Shown here: positions 13,924 to 23,917 of the stretch, in pieces
Numbering within the stretch: the first letter of the stretch is position 1
How the letters are laid out: every line of letters begins with the position of its first letter
Source of the DNA: Azolla caroliniana
Taxonomy: Eukaryota > Plantae > Polypodiophyta
Direction of reading: 5' to 3'
Assembly: GCA_043228905.1 (NCBI GenBank)
Contig: JBHGNT010000012.1
Span: forward strand, 3,348,001 to 3,412,000
DNA length: 64,000 nucleotides
Position numbers and translations under genes: made by a program
The notes under the pieces: model-generated
The model's input: only the letters and a program-made list of their open reading frames with translations
Database searches by the model: none
Told to the model about the DNA's origin: nothing

Positions 13924-14570
13924 AATATGTCGAGTTGTTACGCTCTTCGTGTGTGGAAAGAGGCGGGACCGCAAGGGCCTTGAACCAAGGAGCATGAGAA
14001 AAAAAAGGGAGAGAAAAACCAACTTGCAAAAACATAGAGGGAGAAAGAGAACATAGTCTTAATTACAAATCAATAACGATTACAACCGGTGAGCCGGCAA
14101 CGGACCCAACTCAGGCGAACACACACGCACACGATGCTCACACACGCACACACCCTCGACTGCACTGTGGAGCCTCTGCCAGAAGCACACGGGCTGTCCA
14201 CGAAGCAGAGGCAACTCAGTCCGAAATCTTGCAGAGAAGGACGAACGATGGAGGAGAGAGCTCGGTCCTAGTCCGGCAGCACTTCGACCTCCCAAAAAAA
14301 AAACGATCTCTTTCTCTCACTTCTCTCTCTCCTTTATAACCCAAGGAGGGAGGCCGTTACCACTCGTTACATCATGTTTATTCCCTGTCCTTTCGGACAG
14401 GGATACGCCTCGATTTCCTCCCTACCGAACGCACACTACCTAGGATTTCGCCTCAGGCGACTTGTACCTACCTACGTACTATACAACAAAACTTGTGCCC
14501 ACGTGTAAGGGTCGGTTCACCCACGTTATACCCGGTTTCCGCCTAGGGACGGTTTTCTCCACGACAACGG

Positions 14571-14835
14571 TCTGCATCTTTATGCTTTCCTAGAATCCTT
14601 TAGTAGGAATAACATCTAGGAATCAAAGAGTTATTTATGCATCCTAGTCATGGCTACAACAAAATCCAAGAAAGGCCCTTAGAAATGTCATGTCTCTACT
14701 TTTGACGACAAGGTGAAATTTTTCATACCCTAAGTAAAGGTCTCCCATACGAGAATAAATTTCTTTTGTTATGAACAACTCGATGAACTCATACATGTAT
14801 GGTTTCAACGTACATGACATCAAGAACACTCTCAA
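14571..14835 (-). pseudogene. Old gypsy RT fragment
   Basis: GDLYLGYEKFHLVVKSRDMT resembles GDLYSGYDQFQLAVESRDIT of element C. Confidence 0.7.
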
Positions 14836-15029
14836 GCCTTTAATCTTGCAACTCTAGTCTTACTGGCTCTCACTCTCACAATCCCTTGTCTTCTTATGTT
14901 AACTCTTAACTTGATGGAATAAATAGGTGTCAATGAGACTTCGTAGTTAAGTATATATAAGTAGGTCTTACACCAAGGGGTCTTGGTGATCAGTTTGAGA
15001 ACTAGGTAGTCTATTAGAGGACGATACAA

Positions 15030-16460
15030 AACCCAGCGGTCTCATAACGGCTTGGGTTGCAATAAGAAGAGCATGTGATCAGTTTGATAAGCGTCGTCAA
15101 TGGCTAGATGATTCCGACATGGTGGGTCCGGTAGTCCAAAGAAGGAATGCTCCAATAACAATTGAGATGAGAACGTAAAGTGAGCCAACCGAAAGAGCGA
15201 TGGAGAACTTTGTCATTGAAGAGTTGGATAGTAAATTCAAAGCGGTTTGGTTACCTAATATGAGTCGTCGTGGGCCAAAGGGGAAAGATCCATATAGATG
15301 TGTGTGGTGTGATAGTGTCGATCATGCAAGGAAAGATTGTGCTACCGTTGAAGAGGCAATTCGCCAAAACCTCGTCTACATGGAAGGCAACATTATACAC
15401 TCAAATGAGACTTGCAAGCCCTTGCAAGTGAATTTTGGTAGGGGCAGTCTAAAGAAAATCCTCCATATGGATGTAGCTTAGTTGGTAAGGTTGCCCAATG
15501 GAGACCAGGTGGTCATGGGTTCAACCCCTACATTCCACAGTGGCATCTAGTGAATTAAGAGTATATGAGGTATATAATAGAGAGGTGAGGAGATTGGGTT
15601 TTGAACCCACGATGCATTGCTTGTAGTGTTAACAACTTACCACCAAGGTAAGATACTTACGAGGAAAAAAAACAAAATCACGGAGGATGTCAATATGAAT
15701 CATGTCAAAGCTACACATTATGCCTGATCCGCCGGTATTAGAGTCGAGAAGGAGAAGCTTGGAATGATTAAACATGGAATAAGGTTTTGGTCGATTGTCC
15801 TTGAATACAAAAAGAAAGGGAAGATTAATTTGGATGAAGAAAAGTCATCCAACCTAATGTACAACACCTCACTAAGTGGATGGATCTAGTTGATAATGAC
15901 ATGATCTCCACGGAGGTCATATGCGATAACCAAAAGAGAAGCAAAAGAGGAAGGAGCTGGAAGAAGGCCCTTCCCAAAAGCATGACACAAGGAATACTCT
16001 AGGAAGAAGGAGGACATGATCGAGAGCATGTGTCTAGAAGATGGAAGCTCAAACAAGAGAGGAAAATATTAGACTCAACCCATGCGAATGGAAGTTGAAG
16101 AGAATGACAAGATAAGAGAAGGTGTGGAACAAGCCACCTTCTTGCCTTGCGACAAATTGATGGCCAAGGATGTCATGATCTCCATGGAGGTCATATGAAA
16201 TAACCACGAAGTGTTCGTGTATGAGAAGCAAAAGAGGAAGGATCTAAAAGAAGGCCCTTACCAAAAGCACGACACAAGGAATGCTCTAGGAAGAAGGACA
16301 TGATCGAGAGCATGTGTTTGGAAGATGGAAGCTCAAACAAGAGAGGCAAATATTCAACTGAACCCATGCGAATGGATGTTGAAGAGAATGACAAGACAAG
16401 AGAAGTTGTGGAACAAGCCACCTTCTTGTCTTGCAACAAAATGATGGCCAAGGATGAGAT
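15030..16460 (+). pseudogene. Old gypsy gag remnant, interrupted by a SINE-like insert and carrying an internal ~275-bp tandem duplication (15901-16455)
   Basis: CVWCDSVDHARKDC knuckle similar to CMWCDEVGHIRKDC of C. The segment atgatctcca...ggccaaggatg occurs twice. Confidence 0.75.
15461..15669 (+). mobile_element. SINE-like element with two convergent tRNA-like modules, copy 1
   Basis: + strand A box TAGCTTAGTTGG and B box GGTTCAACCCC. - strand TGGTGGTAAG...GGGTTCAAAACCC. A-rich tail. Probable TSD aaagaaaatc (15451-15460) / aaacaaaatc (15670-15679). Second copy at 56578-56783. Confidence 0.75.
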
Positions 16461-17248
16461 TGTTAACACACAACTAACAAACATTACCCCAGGAGTGGGT
16501 GAGGGTTTCGGAACACGTTGTCGAGATAATTACGCAAGTGCGTGTGAAAATGAGGCGGGACCGCGGGGGCCTCGAACCAAAGAGCAAGCAAGGGAGGAGA
16601 AAGAGAGAGAACCGGCTACGCAGGACCGGGGATACGCAGGGACACGGCCCTTCAGCACGGAGAACGCGAACAGACACCGACACAGACAGATGCGAATGAC
16701 TAAATAAGTGTATTAACAAAAATGGCTAACACGACTACAACCCTCGATGGGGCACAGGTTGTTTACAACCGAACAGGCCGGCGAACAGATGCCGATGCCT
16801 GTTCGCTTCGAAACACAAACGGGGTAGCAGGTCGGAGGTGCTGCCGAAAGCACTCGGGCGTTCCTCGAAACAGCGCGAGCCTCCTCAGAACCCTGCACAG
16901 AAGCTATGGAGCTCGAGAAGGAAGGAAACACAGAGAGAGAGAGAGAGAAACGCCCAGAAACGGTCCGGCAGCACTTCGTCCTCTCCGCGCGCGATCCCCA
17001 CTTCTATTCTTCCTCTTCCTTTTATAGCCCGTCAAGAGGCCGTTTGGCATTAACTGCATACCCCCGAATCTACCCACCTAGGATCCTCGTATGTACTTCT
17101 TGGCGCGCGTGTGTGCAGAGCCGTTTCCCACGCCATGTTCCTCCGATTCCTCTTGTGGGCGGTTTTCTTCACGACATCCGCCCCCACCTAACCGCGCATC
17201 CACCGGTATGCGCCAAATTAAGTTGGCACGGAGAAAACCGGCCCGCCT

Positions 17249-20200
17249 TTACTCTTCGCCTGCCGGCCCTTTCTCGGCCTTGGATCGGTCGTCGCTGCTG
17301 TCCAGGAGAATCGGGTCGGGTTCGTCGTCGTGCCGCTTCTTGAAAGCTTTGATCCTCTTCCCGGCCACGGGTATCGCTATTCTCGTACCGTCGAGTTCCG
17401 CCAGATGATACGTCCCGTTGTCGTTGGCGCTCTGTACCGTGTACGGCCCGAACCATCTCTGTGCGAACTTCCGCGTTGCTCGGTGCTGGTTGTCGAGGCT
17501 GCTGTCGTAGACGAGCACCCAGTCACCTTCGTCGATTTTCTTCGGTCGTAGCCGGTGCGTTCGGTCGAACCGGGCTTTGTTCTTTGTCCTCGCCACCCGG
17601 AGCTTCTCCGTAGCCAGTGCCACGTCCTCCGGTCTCCGCTTGAGCTGTCGTATACGCGCGGCCAACAACTCCTCCCGGCTCATCTCGTCCCTCCAGTCGA
17701 CCGTTGCCCACGAGGAGATCGTCCGTTCAATCGGCATGATCGGCTTCTGGCCGAACATGAGCTCTGTCGGCATGTACCCGGTTACCGAACTGTGCGTGGT
17801 CCGGTCTGCCCACAAAGCATAAGGTAGGAGCCGCGGCCAGTCACCGATTCGGCCTCCGCATGCCCGAACCAACGCTTTGACGATCGGTCCGTGTCCGCGC
17901 TCCACCTTTCCATTCGCCTCCGGATTGTACGCAGTGGTGAGCGAGAGCTTGACCCCCAGCCGGTCGAACAGCTCCGCGGCTTCTTCGGCGTCCAACTCCC
18001 CTCGGTCAGCCACGATCTTCCCGACGCACCCGTACCGGCATATCACGTCCTCGATTAGGAACCGACACACGGCCGCGGTCGTCTTGTTCTGAAGGGCTCG
18101 GCCTTCCACCTGGTTCGTCAGGTCTTCCCGCGCTAGGACCAGATACCGCATCTGTCCTACCCCCATCGGCATCGTCACCAGATCTACCATCCATTTGAAG
18201 TGGATAGTCGGAGGGTACGTAGGGCGAAGCCCGTCCCGGTGTCGGACTATCGAGTGCATCTGACAACTCTCGCAAGTTGACACGAACCGATGCACGTCCC
18301 GGTACAATCCCGGCCACCAGTACTTCCCCTTCAGCTTCTCAAATGTCGCCCACGTTCCACGGTGTCCAGCCCAAGGGCTGTCGTGGTGGGCCGCCAGTAG
18401 CTCCTCCTGTTCTTCCTTCATCGCCACCACCCGGAGCGGGACGCCGTTCCTCTTCTTCGGGTGCTTCCACAAATTCCCATCTCGGAGAAAGAATCGATAT
18501 GCTTTCTTCCGGATCCGGTTGGCCTCGTCCTTCGTCCATGACGCATCGGGCATCATTGTCTTCAAAAACCCGCCGATCTGCAGCCACTCCCCGTCGTACT
18601 TGCTCGTGTCGAACTCGTTAAGCGCCGGAGTGCTCATCCCGTCGGTCGTTATGTATGCCGCCTCGAAGAAATCCACGCCGACTTCTTCGTCTTCCGAAAC
18701 CATGCCGCCCTCGTCGTCGAACCTCGCCCTCGAAAGCATGTCGGCCATGGCGTTGTCTTTCCCGGAAATGTGTCGTATTTCCGGGTCCAGGGACTTGATG
18801 TACGCTATCCACCTGAGCATCGCCAGGTCCGGGGTCGCGCATCCGGAAACCATACCGAGAATCGGCAGGCAATCCGTCTCGATGATCACTTCTGTCCCTA
18901 TCAGGTAATCTTTGTCGGCCTTAACCGCCGAAACAATACCCCAGAGTTCGCGTTTAACCTGGGCGTATCCTCGCTGTCGTTCACTGAGGACTTTCGCACC
19001 GAATCGGATCGGAAACCGATTGCCGTCCTCGTCTTCCTGGTTCACGACCCATCCGATCCCGGTCGGACTGGTATCCACCGTTATGAATACCGGGGTGCCC
19101 TTCCCGTATACCGCCTTCCGGAGTGCCGGTGCCGCTGCAAGGGCCTCTTTCAGCTTCCGGACCGATTCCGCGTGCTCGTCCAGCCATTCGAACCTTCGCC
19201 CCTTTTTCAGCAACCCGTACAGTGGCTCCGCGACGTGCGCGTAATGCGGGATCCATATGTGGTAGAACGCGCATGCCCCCAGGAATCTCCGTACTTCCGT
19301 GACCGAGCTGCAGTCGGGCTTCATCGCGGAGATGGCTTCTACCTTTGCCGGAGACGGTTTCCGGCCATATGGTCCGCACAGGTGTCCGACCACCATGATT
19401 TCTGACTGCCCGAAGGCCGACTTCTCCCCGGAGAAGGTGAGTCTCGCATCCTCTAGCCTTTGCAGCACCTTCTCGCAGTCGTCGATGTGCGTCGCCACGA
19501 ATCGCCGGCATCCGTCCGGCCCGATCGTCTCGTCCCTTTCTTCCACCGGGCATCCCTTGATCGGAATGTCGTCCAGAAACGGCATGGTGATGTCCGGGAT
19601 ACAGTCCCTCAGAACCTTGTTCATCGCATTCACCATGTGGGCCACCGAGTTGGTCCCTCCTTGCGGCAGTGTACACATCCGAACTAGGCCGAGGGGAGTT
19701 CGCATCGTCGTAATGTCTCTGCTCTCCACGGCTAGCTGGAACTGGTCGTACCCCGAGTATAGATCCCCGACCGAGTAAATTGACCTTCCGGCGAAGGCCT
19801 CCGCGAACTCGTCTATGGTCGGTCCGATCCCTGCGTTCCGAATGGTCACTCGATTGACCGGCTGCAGGTCCTGGATGAAGCGCAACGAACCGTTTTTCTT
19901 CGGTACGGTAAACCATCGATTCGAATATGGGGCGCTCGACGGCTCGAGAATTCCCATATCAACTTTCTGCCTCAGCAGCTCCATCAACTTCGGGATGTGA
20001 GCTCTCGGAACCGGGATTGGCTTGAGATTCCATGGTACATGCGGTACCGTGAATATCACCATTGGCTCCACGATCGTCGGGTCAACGCACCCGATTTCCT
20101 CCGGCGAGAATGCGAAGGCTTTCCCGTGCCTTCCGAGCATTCTCCGAAACCGGTCTTCCTCCGCCGGCAGTAGGAACCCGCCCTCACCTATTTTGAGCTC

Positions 20201-20737
20201 TCGGAGCGTCTCGTCGGTGAAGGTGTGCCCTATGCAGGCCGGATCTCGTAGACTAGGGTCCGATGCAACCCCTTTGATTCTCGACGCGCTGTCCTCCGGT
20301 AAGGGTGCCGCGACTGGCCTTACCTTCCGGTCCACAGTCTTGTACTTGGTGCTTACGCGGGCCGTCCGAACTGACTCGAGTCCTCGACCGAAGTCCATGA
20401 TGACTCCGTACATCTCCTCGGAACACACCGGTATCGTCCGGTCTTCGTTAAGGCCTTCTTCGACCACCTTTCCCAGCGTCCCCAAGGTGTCGTCGAATGA
20501 GACCGCCTCCACGGCTCCGCTGATTTCCTCGTCAGGGCCGAGAACTCCGCACGCTCGAAGTCTCCCCTCCGCCTTTGTCTTCTCTCGGCCGCCGATGCCG
20601 ACTATCGTACACGCTCCGCTGTCGGAGAAGCAAAATACCCTACCTGTCGTACACGGTTTTATCGTACAAATGTGGGGTTTTCCCGGAGCCTCCGGACTGT
20701 CGCGGCCCCACGCCTTGGCAGTCCTCTCTAAAAATCC
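17249..20737 (-). CDS. pol: Pol (RT-RNaseH-integrase) of gypsy C, in the -1 frame relative to gag-PR
   Basis: RT (GDLYSGYDQF, LPQG, FLDD), RH (VDTS, KRELWG, ETDC, ADMLSR), INT (H..H..CESC, D/D/E, FGPY). The frame stays open upstream of the track start (20512) to the slippery site at 20731-20737. No chromodomain seen. Confidence 0.93.
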   Translation of the reverse strand, partial: GFLERTAKAWGRDSPEAPGKPHICTIKPCTTGRVFCFSDSGACTIVGIGGREKTKAEGRLRACGVLGPDEEISGAVEAVSFDDTLGTLGKVVEEGLNEDRTIPVCSEEMYGVIMDFGRGLESVRTARVSTKYKTVDRKVRPVAAPLPEDSASRIKGVASDPSLRDPACIGHTFTDETLRELKIGEGGFLLPAEEDRFRRMLGRHGKAFAFSPEEIGCVDPTIVEPMVIFTVPHVPWNLKPIPVPRAHIPKLMELLRQKVDMGILEPSSAPYSNRWFTVPKKNGSLRFIQDLQPVNRVTIRNAGIGPTIDEFAEAFAGRSIYSVGDLYSGYDQFQLAVESRDITTMRTPLGLVRMCTLPQGGTNSVAHMVNAMNKVLRDCIPDITMPFLDDIPIKGCPVEERDETIGPDGCRRFVATHIDDCEKVLQRLEDARLTFSGEKSAFGQSEIMVVGHLCGPYGRKPSPAKVEAISAMKPDCSSVTEVRRFLGACAFYHIWIPHYAHVAEPLYGLLKKGRRFEWLDEHAESVRKLKEALAAAPALRKAVYGKGTPVFITVDTSPTGIGWVVNQEDEDGNRFPIRFGAKVLSERQRGYAQVKRELWGIVSAVKADKDYLIGTEVIIETDCLPILGMVSGCATPDLAMLRWIAYIKSLDPEIRHISGKDNAMADMLSRARFDDEGGMVSEDEEVGVDFFEAAYITTDGMSTPALNEFDTSKYDGEWLQIGGFLKTMMPDASWTKDEANRIRKKAYRFFLRDGNLWKHPKKRNGVPLRVVAMKEEQEELLAAHHDSPWAGHRGTWATFEKLKGKYWWPGLYRDVHRFVSTCESCQMHSIVRHRDGLRPTYPPTIHFKWMVDLVTMPMGVGQMRYLVLAREDLTNQVEGRALQNKTTAAVCRFLIEDVICRYGCVGKIVADRGELDAEEAAELFDRLGVKLSLTTAYNPEANGKVERGHGPIVKALVRACGGRIGDWPRLLPYALWADRTTHSSVTGYMPTELMFGQKPIMPIERTISSWATVDWRDEMSREELLAARIRQLKRRPEDVALATEKLRVARTKNKARFDRTHRLRPKKIDEGDWVLVYDSSLDNQHRATRKFAQRWFGPYTVQSANDNGTYHLAELDGTRIAIPVAGKRIKAFKKRHDDEPDPILLDSSDDRSKAEKGPAGEE
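20672..20737 (-). promoter_or_regulatory. Predicted -1 ribosomal frameshift signal
   Basis: G GAU UUU UAG, a 6-nt spacer, then stem GGACUGCC/GACAGUCC. Loop GUGGGG is complementary to downstream CCCCAC. Conserved in B at ~11767-11831. Confidence 0.75.
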
Positions 20738-22854
20738 TCTCGGTTATCGGAACCGAGGGAGTCGCGGTTACGCTCGTGGTTCGGCCTGACCGTCAAAAAC
20801 TGGACCGAATGGCGCCCGTCCTGGCTCTTGACCCGCGCATAGGCCGAACCGTTGTCCAGCACCTTGGTCTCCATTCGCGCCGCCGTGATGTACGGCTCTC
20901 CCAGTATGACCGGATGCGAAGACGTCTCCTGCACGAAGAAGTGCTGGTCAATCTCGACATCGCCGATCTTGACTCGCACATTCGGACAGGCCCCGTGCAG
21001 TTCCTCGGTGGCGCGCGTTGCTGCCCTTATTTTCCACCCGTGCTTGGTGTTGATCGGCCATTTGCCCTTCTTATAGAAGTCCATGGACATCAAATTGATC
21101 TCCGATCCGTGGTCTACTAAAGCTACCACCGGTTCCTGGACATCGCCGATCTTCACCGGGGTTTCCGTGGTCGCTCGGGCCCAATGTGGTCTCGAATAGT
21201 GGCTTTCCGCCCACTCGTCTCCCAGCGCCATGTCGTCTAGGTGCGTCGTCCGCACTTCCACCGGTCTTTCCGGTTCTGTCTCCGTCGACAGCCTCTTCCG
21301 TTTCACCAAGTCCACGATGGAGTCGTGGAACTCCTTCTTGGCGATTCCCAGCACCTCTCGTAACGACAGCTCCACCTTGCTGTCGAGGATCCGTTCCTCC
21401 AGGACCTTTCGTAAGTCCGTGGTTCTTTCTATCTCCGTCCCCAGACGGTACCCGCCCTTCTGGGGTTTATCTCGCGTACCGGCCCCGCCGGCTTCGTCCC
21501 GTCGTGGCCCGGACCGGGTCTCGTATCGTTGTGAGGGCCCGGTCGTCCCGGGTTTCCCCACCCGCTTCTCTTCTACCAGAGCCTCGTAGTTCCTGCAAGC
21601 GGCTTCCACGAAGCCCGTCTTTTCCTCGACCGGGTCGCTCCACCCGGTCATCTCCCGTACCCGTTTCTCCGCACGGTCCGATTCCTCCCTTTTAAGCCCT
21701 GCACCGGCAAGGCCTTCCAGCATCGTCGGCCAGAATCCGGCTTTGCTTTCCCCCCGGGCCTCGCCGCCCCCGACTCGAATGCCGGCTGACGCCGAGTAGT
21801 GGACGGTTTCCGCGTGTCGGGCCGCCGCCTCTTCCATCAACCTTTTCATACCACCCTTTCCGTCGTTTCGGCTCAGGGCCCTTCGGGTGTCGCTGGCATG
21901 CACCCGTCCTTCCCACAGGTACACCACCCTGTTCCTCAGCGCCTCCGCGAAGTCGCCGCAGTCCTTCCGAATGTGGCCGACTTCATCGCACCACATGCAC
22001 CTGTTTCCTGCCGCCGGCCGTCGGTCACGAGCCGGTTCGCCTCCTTCCCTTCGGGCCTGCGCGATTTGGAGGTCCTTTATCGCCTTCGTCAATTCCTCCA
22101 GCGCCGCTCCTCCGGTTGAGCCTGTGACTACGCCGGTCGAAGCCGAACCGGTGTCCAACCACTCTCCGGTCCCTTCCTTTCGCACCCGTGGCGCTGGTTC
22201 GAACTTCCTTGCTGCGACCGAGCCCGACCCGGTCGCACCGTCATCCGCCCATTCTCGCCGTTTGTCGAAACGGCCACAGACCTTCCTGACAGCCGCCCAG
22301 TCGGTAGTGAGCCCGTCTTCGGTTTCTAGCAGGGCGCCCACGTGACTCCGATCCCTCTCGTCAACCGATTTGACAAACAGCAGGACCCGGCTTGTATCCA
22401 GGACCATCCTGTCAAGCGCCGAAAGGCGTGCGAAGTTCTCCTCGAACTCCCGGAGGAGCGCCGACGCGTTTCTTCCCTTTCCCGGGGACTCCACCCATTC
22501 CATGAACCTTCGCTTCGAAAGCCGGAGCGCGTCGTCCAGCCCGTATTTCTCTAGGAGCCGACCTTCGAACTCCTCCCAGGTACGGCTCTCCGTCCGTACC
22601 TCGAGCACCTCCGCATGGATGCTCGGCATCGCTACTCGGGGAAATCCGGCCAGACGCCTTTCTTCCGGAATGTCCCGCATCAGCATCTCTGCACCGTAGG
22701 ACGCCAAATACTTCGTGGCATCCTTCCCATCGAACCGGCCGATTGTGCCGACGACCGCCTCAATAGCTCTGTCGAGGGCACCGGTGCTCTCGCGCGCGTT
22801 TACAATCCGATCCACGGCCGAAGCCATGGCCTCTGCGAGATCCGACCCTCTCAT
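20728..22854 (-). CDS. gag: Gag-protease ORF1 of gypsy C (708 aa from the first ATG after the PBS)
   Basis: Zinc knuckle CMWCDEVGHIRKDC; aspartic protease VALVDHGSEINLM...VILGEPY; ends EDF-TAG. Confidence 0.92.
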   Translation of the reverse strand: MRGSDLAEAMASAVDRIVNARESTGALDRAIEAVVGTIGRFDGKDATKYLASYGAEMLMRDIPEERRLAGFPRVAMPSIHAEVLEVRTESRTWEEFEGRLLEKYGLDDALRLSKRRFMEWVESPGKGRNASALLREFEENFARLSALDRMVLDTSRVLLFVKSVDERDRSHVGALLETEDGLTTDWAAVRKVCGRFDKRREWADDGATGSGSVAARKFEPAPRVRKEGTGEWLDTGSASTGVVTGSTGGAALEELTKAIKDLQIAQARREGGEPARDRRPAAGNRCMWCDEVGHIRKDCGDFAEALRNRVVYLWEGRVHASDTRRALSRNDGKGGMKRLMEEAAARHAETVHYSASAGIRVGGGEARGESKAGFWPTMLEGLAGAGLKREESDRAEKRVREMTGWSDPVEEKTGFVEAACRNYEALVEEKRVGKPGTTGPSQRYETRSGPRRDEAGGAGTRDKPQKGGYRLGTEIERTTDLRKVLEERILDSKVELSLREVLGIAKKEFHDSIVDLVKRKRLSTETEPERPVEVRTTHLDDMALGDEWAESHYSRPHWARATTETPVKIGDVQEPVVALVDHGSEINLMSMDFYKKGKWPINTKHGWKIRAATRATEELHGACPNVRVKIGDVEIDQHFFVQETSSHPVILGEPYITAARMETKVLDNGSAYARVKSQDGRHSVQFLTVRPNHERNRDSLGSDNREDF

Positions 22855-22876
22855 TTCCTGCTCTTCTGCCGCCTCT

Positions 22877-22894
22877 TTCACGTCGGGTTCACCA
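22877..22894 (-). promoter_or_regulatory. Primer-binding site, tRNA-Trp (gypsy C)
   Basis: TGGTGAACCCGACGTGAA, 4 nt from the 5' LTR. Confidence 0.85.
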
Positions 22895-23774
22895 AAGATG
22901 TCGAGATAATTACGCAAGTGCGTGTGAAAATGAGGCGGGACCGCGGGGGCCTCGAACCAAAGAGCAAGCAAGGGAGGAGAAAGAGAGAGAACCGGCTACG
23001 CAGGACCGGGGATACGCAGGGACACGGCCCTTCAGCACGGAGAACGCGAACAGACACCGACACAGACAGATGCGAATGACTAAATAAGTGTATTAACAAA
23101 AATGGCTAACACGACTACAACCCTCGATGGGGCACAGGTTGTTTACAACCGAACAGGCCGGCGAACAGATGCCGATGCCTGTTCGCTTCGAAACACAAAC
23201 GGGGTAGCAGGTCGGAGGTGCTGCCGGAAGCACTCGGGCGTTCCTCGAAACAGCGCGAGCCTCCTCAGAACCCTGCACAGAAGCTATGGAGCTCGAGAAG
23301 GAAGGAAACACAGAGAGAGAGAGAGAGAAACGCCCAGAAACGGTCCGGCAGCACTTCGTCCTCTCCGCGCGCGATCCCCACTTCTATTCTTCCTCTTCCT
23401 TTTATAGCCCGTCAAGAGGCCGTTTGGCATTAACTGCATACCCCCGAATCTACCCACCTAGGATCCTCGTATGTACTTCTTGGCGCGCGTGTGTGCAGAG
23501 CCGTTTCCCACGCCTTGTTCCTCCGATTCCTCTTGTGGGCGGTTTTCTTCACGACAACGTGTTGAATTCGAAACATCGAGCAAAGAAGAGACGAGCATAA
23601 TTGACACTTGCGTGATTGATAAGGACAACGATGATGGGAAACAGACCATAGACAGATCAAAATGTACAGACAGAAAACAGAAATCAACAAAATACACAGA
23701 GTATGCAACATACATAGGTATGGCGTGGAAAATCTAAAACGGGGAAAAACCGCGGGACAATAGATGTTGATTAT

Positions 23775-23863
23775 TGTAAAATGAACAACGTGAGGAAGCA
23801 ACAGAAAACCAAACGTAGGAAAACACAGGTTTAATGGAGAGCTTGGACACACACAGTACGCGG

Positions 23864-23917
<54 letters not shown>

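Larger units (their letters stand above)
6641..14566 (-). mobile_element. Ty3/gypsy LTR retrotransposon B (tRNA-Trp PBS family), degenerate
   Basis: 639-bp LTRs at 6641-7279 and 13928-14566. 4-bp TSD ACGG (6637-6640, 14567-14570). PBS at 13906-13923. Fragments of gag, PR (VDHGSEINL), RT (FLDD, 10495-11445), RH and INT (GPY), all homologous to element C. Confidence 0.95.
16519..23556 (-). mobile_element. Ty3/gypsy LTR retrotransposon C, apparently intact and very recent
   Basis: 658-bp LTRs at 16519-17176 and 22899-23556 with only 2 mismatches seen. TSD ACGT (16515-16518, 23557-23560). PBS(Trp) at 22877-22894, PPT at 17177-17190, two uninterrupted ORFs. Confidence 0.97.

Noticed and set aside
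15470-15545. Possible tRNA gene (also 56580-56640)
   Set aside because: A and B boxes are present but no convincing acceptor/anticodon stems. It is part of a longer dispersed repeat with a tail and TSD, so it is called SINE-like.
16722-17343. ORFs inside the LTRs of C (duplicated at 23102-23600)
   Set aside because: Duplicated only because the LTRs are; not shared with the LTRs of B.
22855-22971. N-terminal extension of gag in the ORF track
   Set aside because: Starts at a non-ATG codon inside the LTR and runs over the PBS; the first ATG is at 22854.
17330-23079. Many 100-300-aa antisense or alternate-frame ORFs over element C (and over A, B, D, G)
   Set aside because: Shadow ORFs of GC-rich coding sequence, with no recognisable motifs and not conserved as open frames between B and C.
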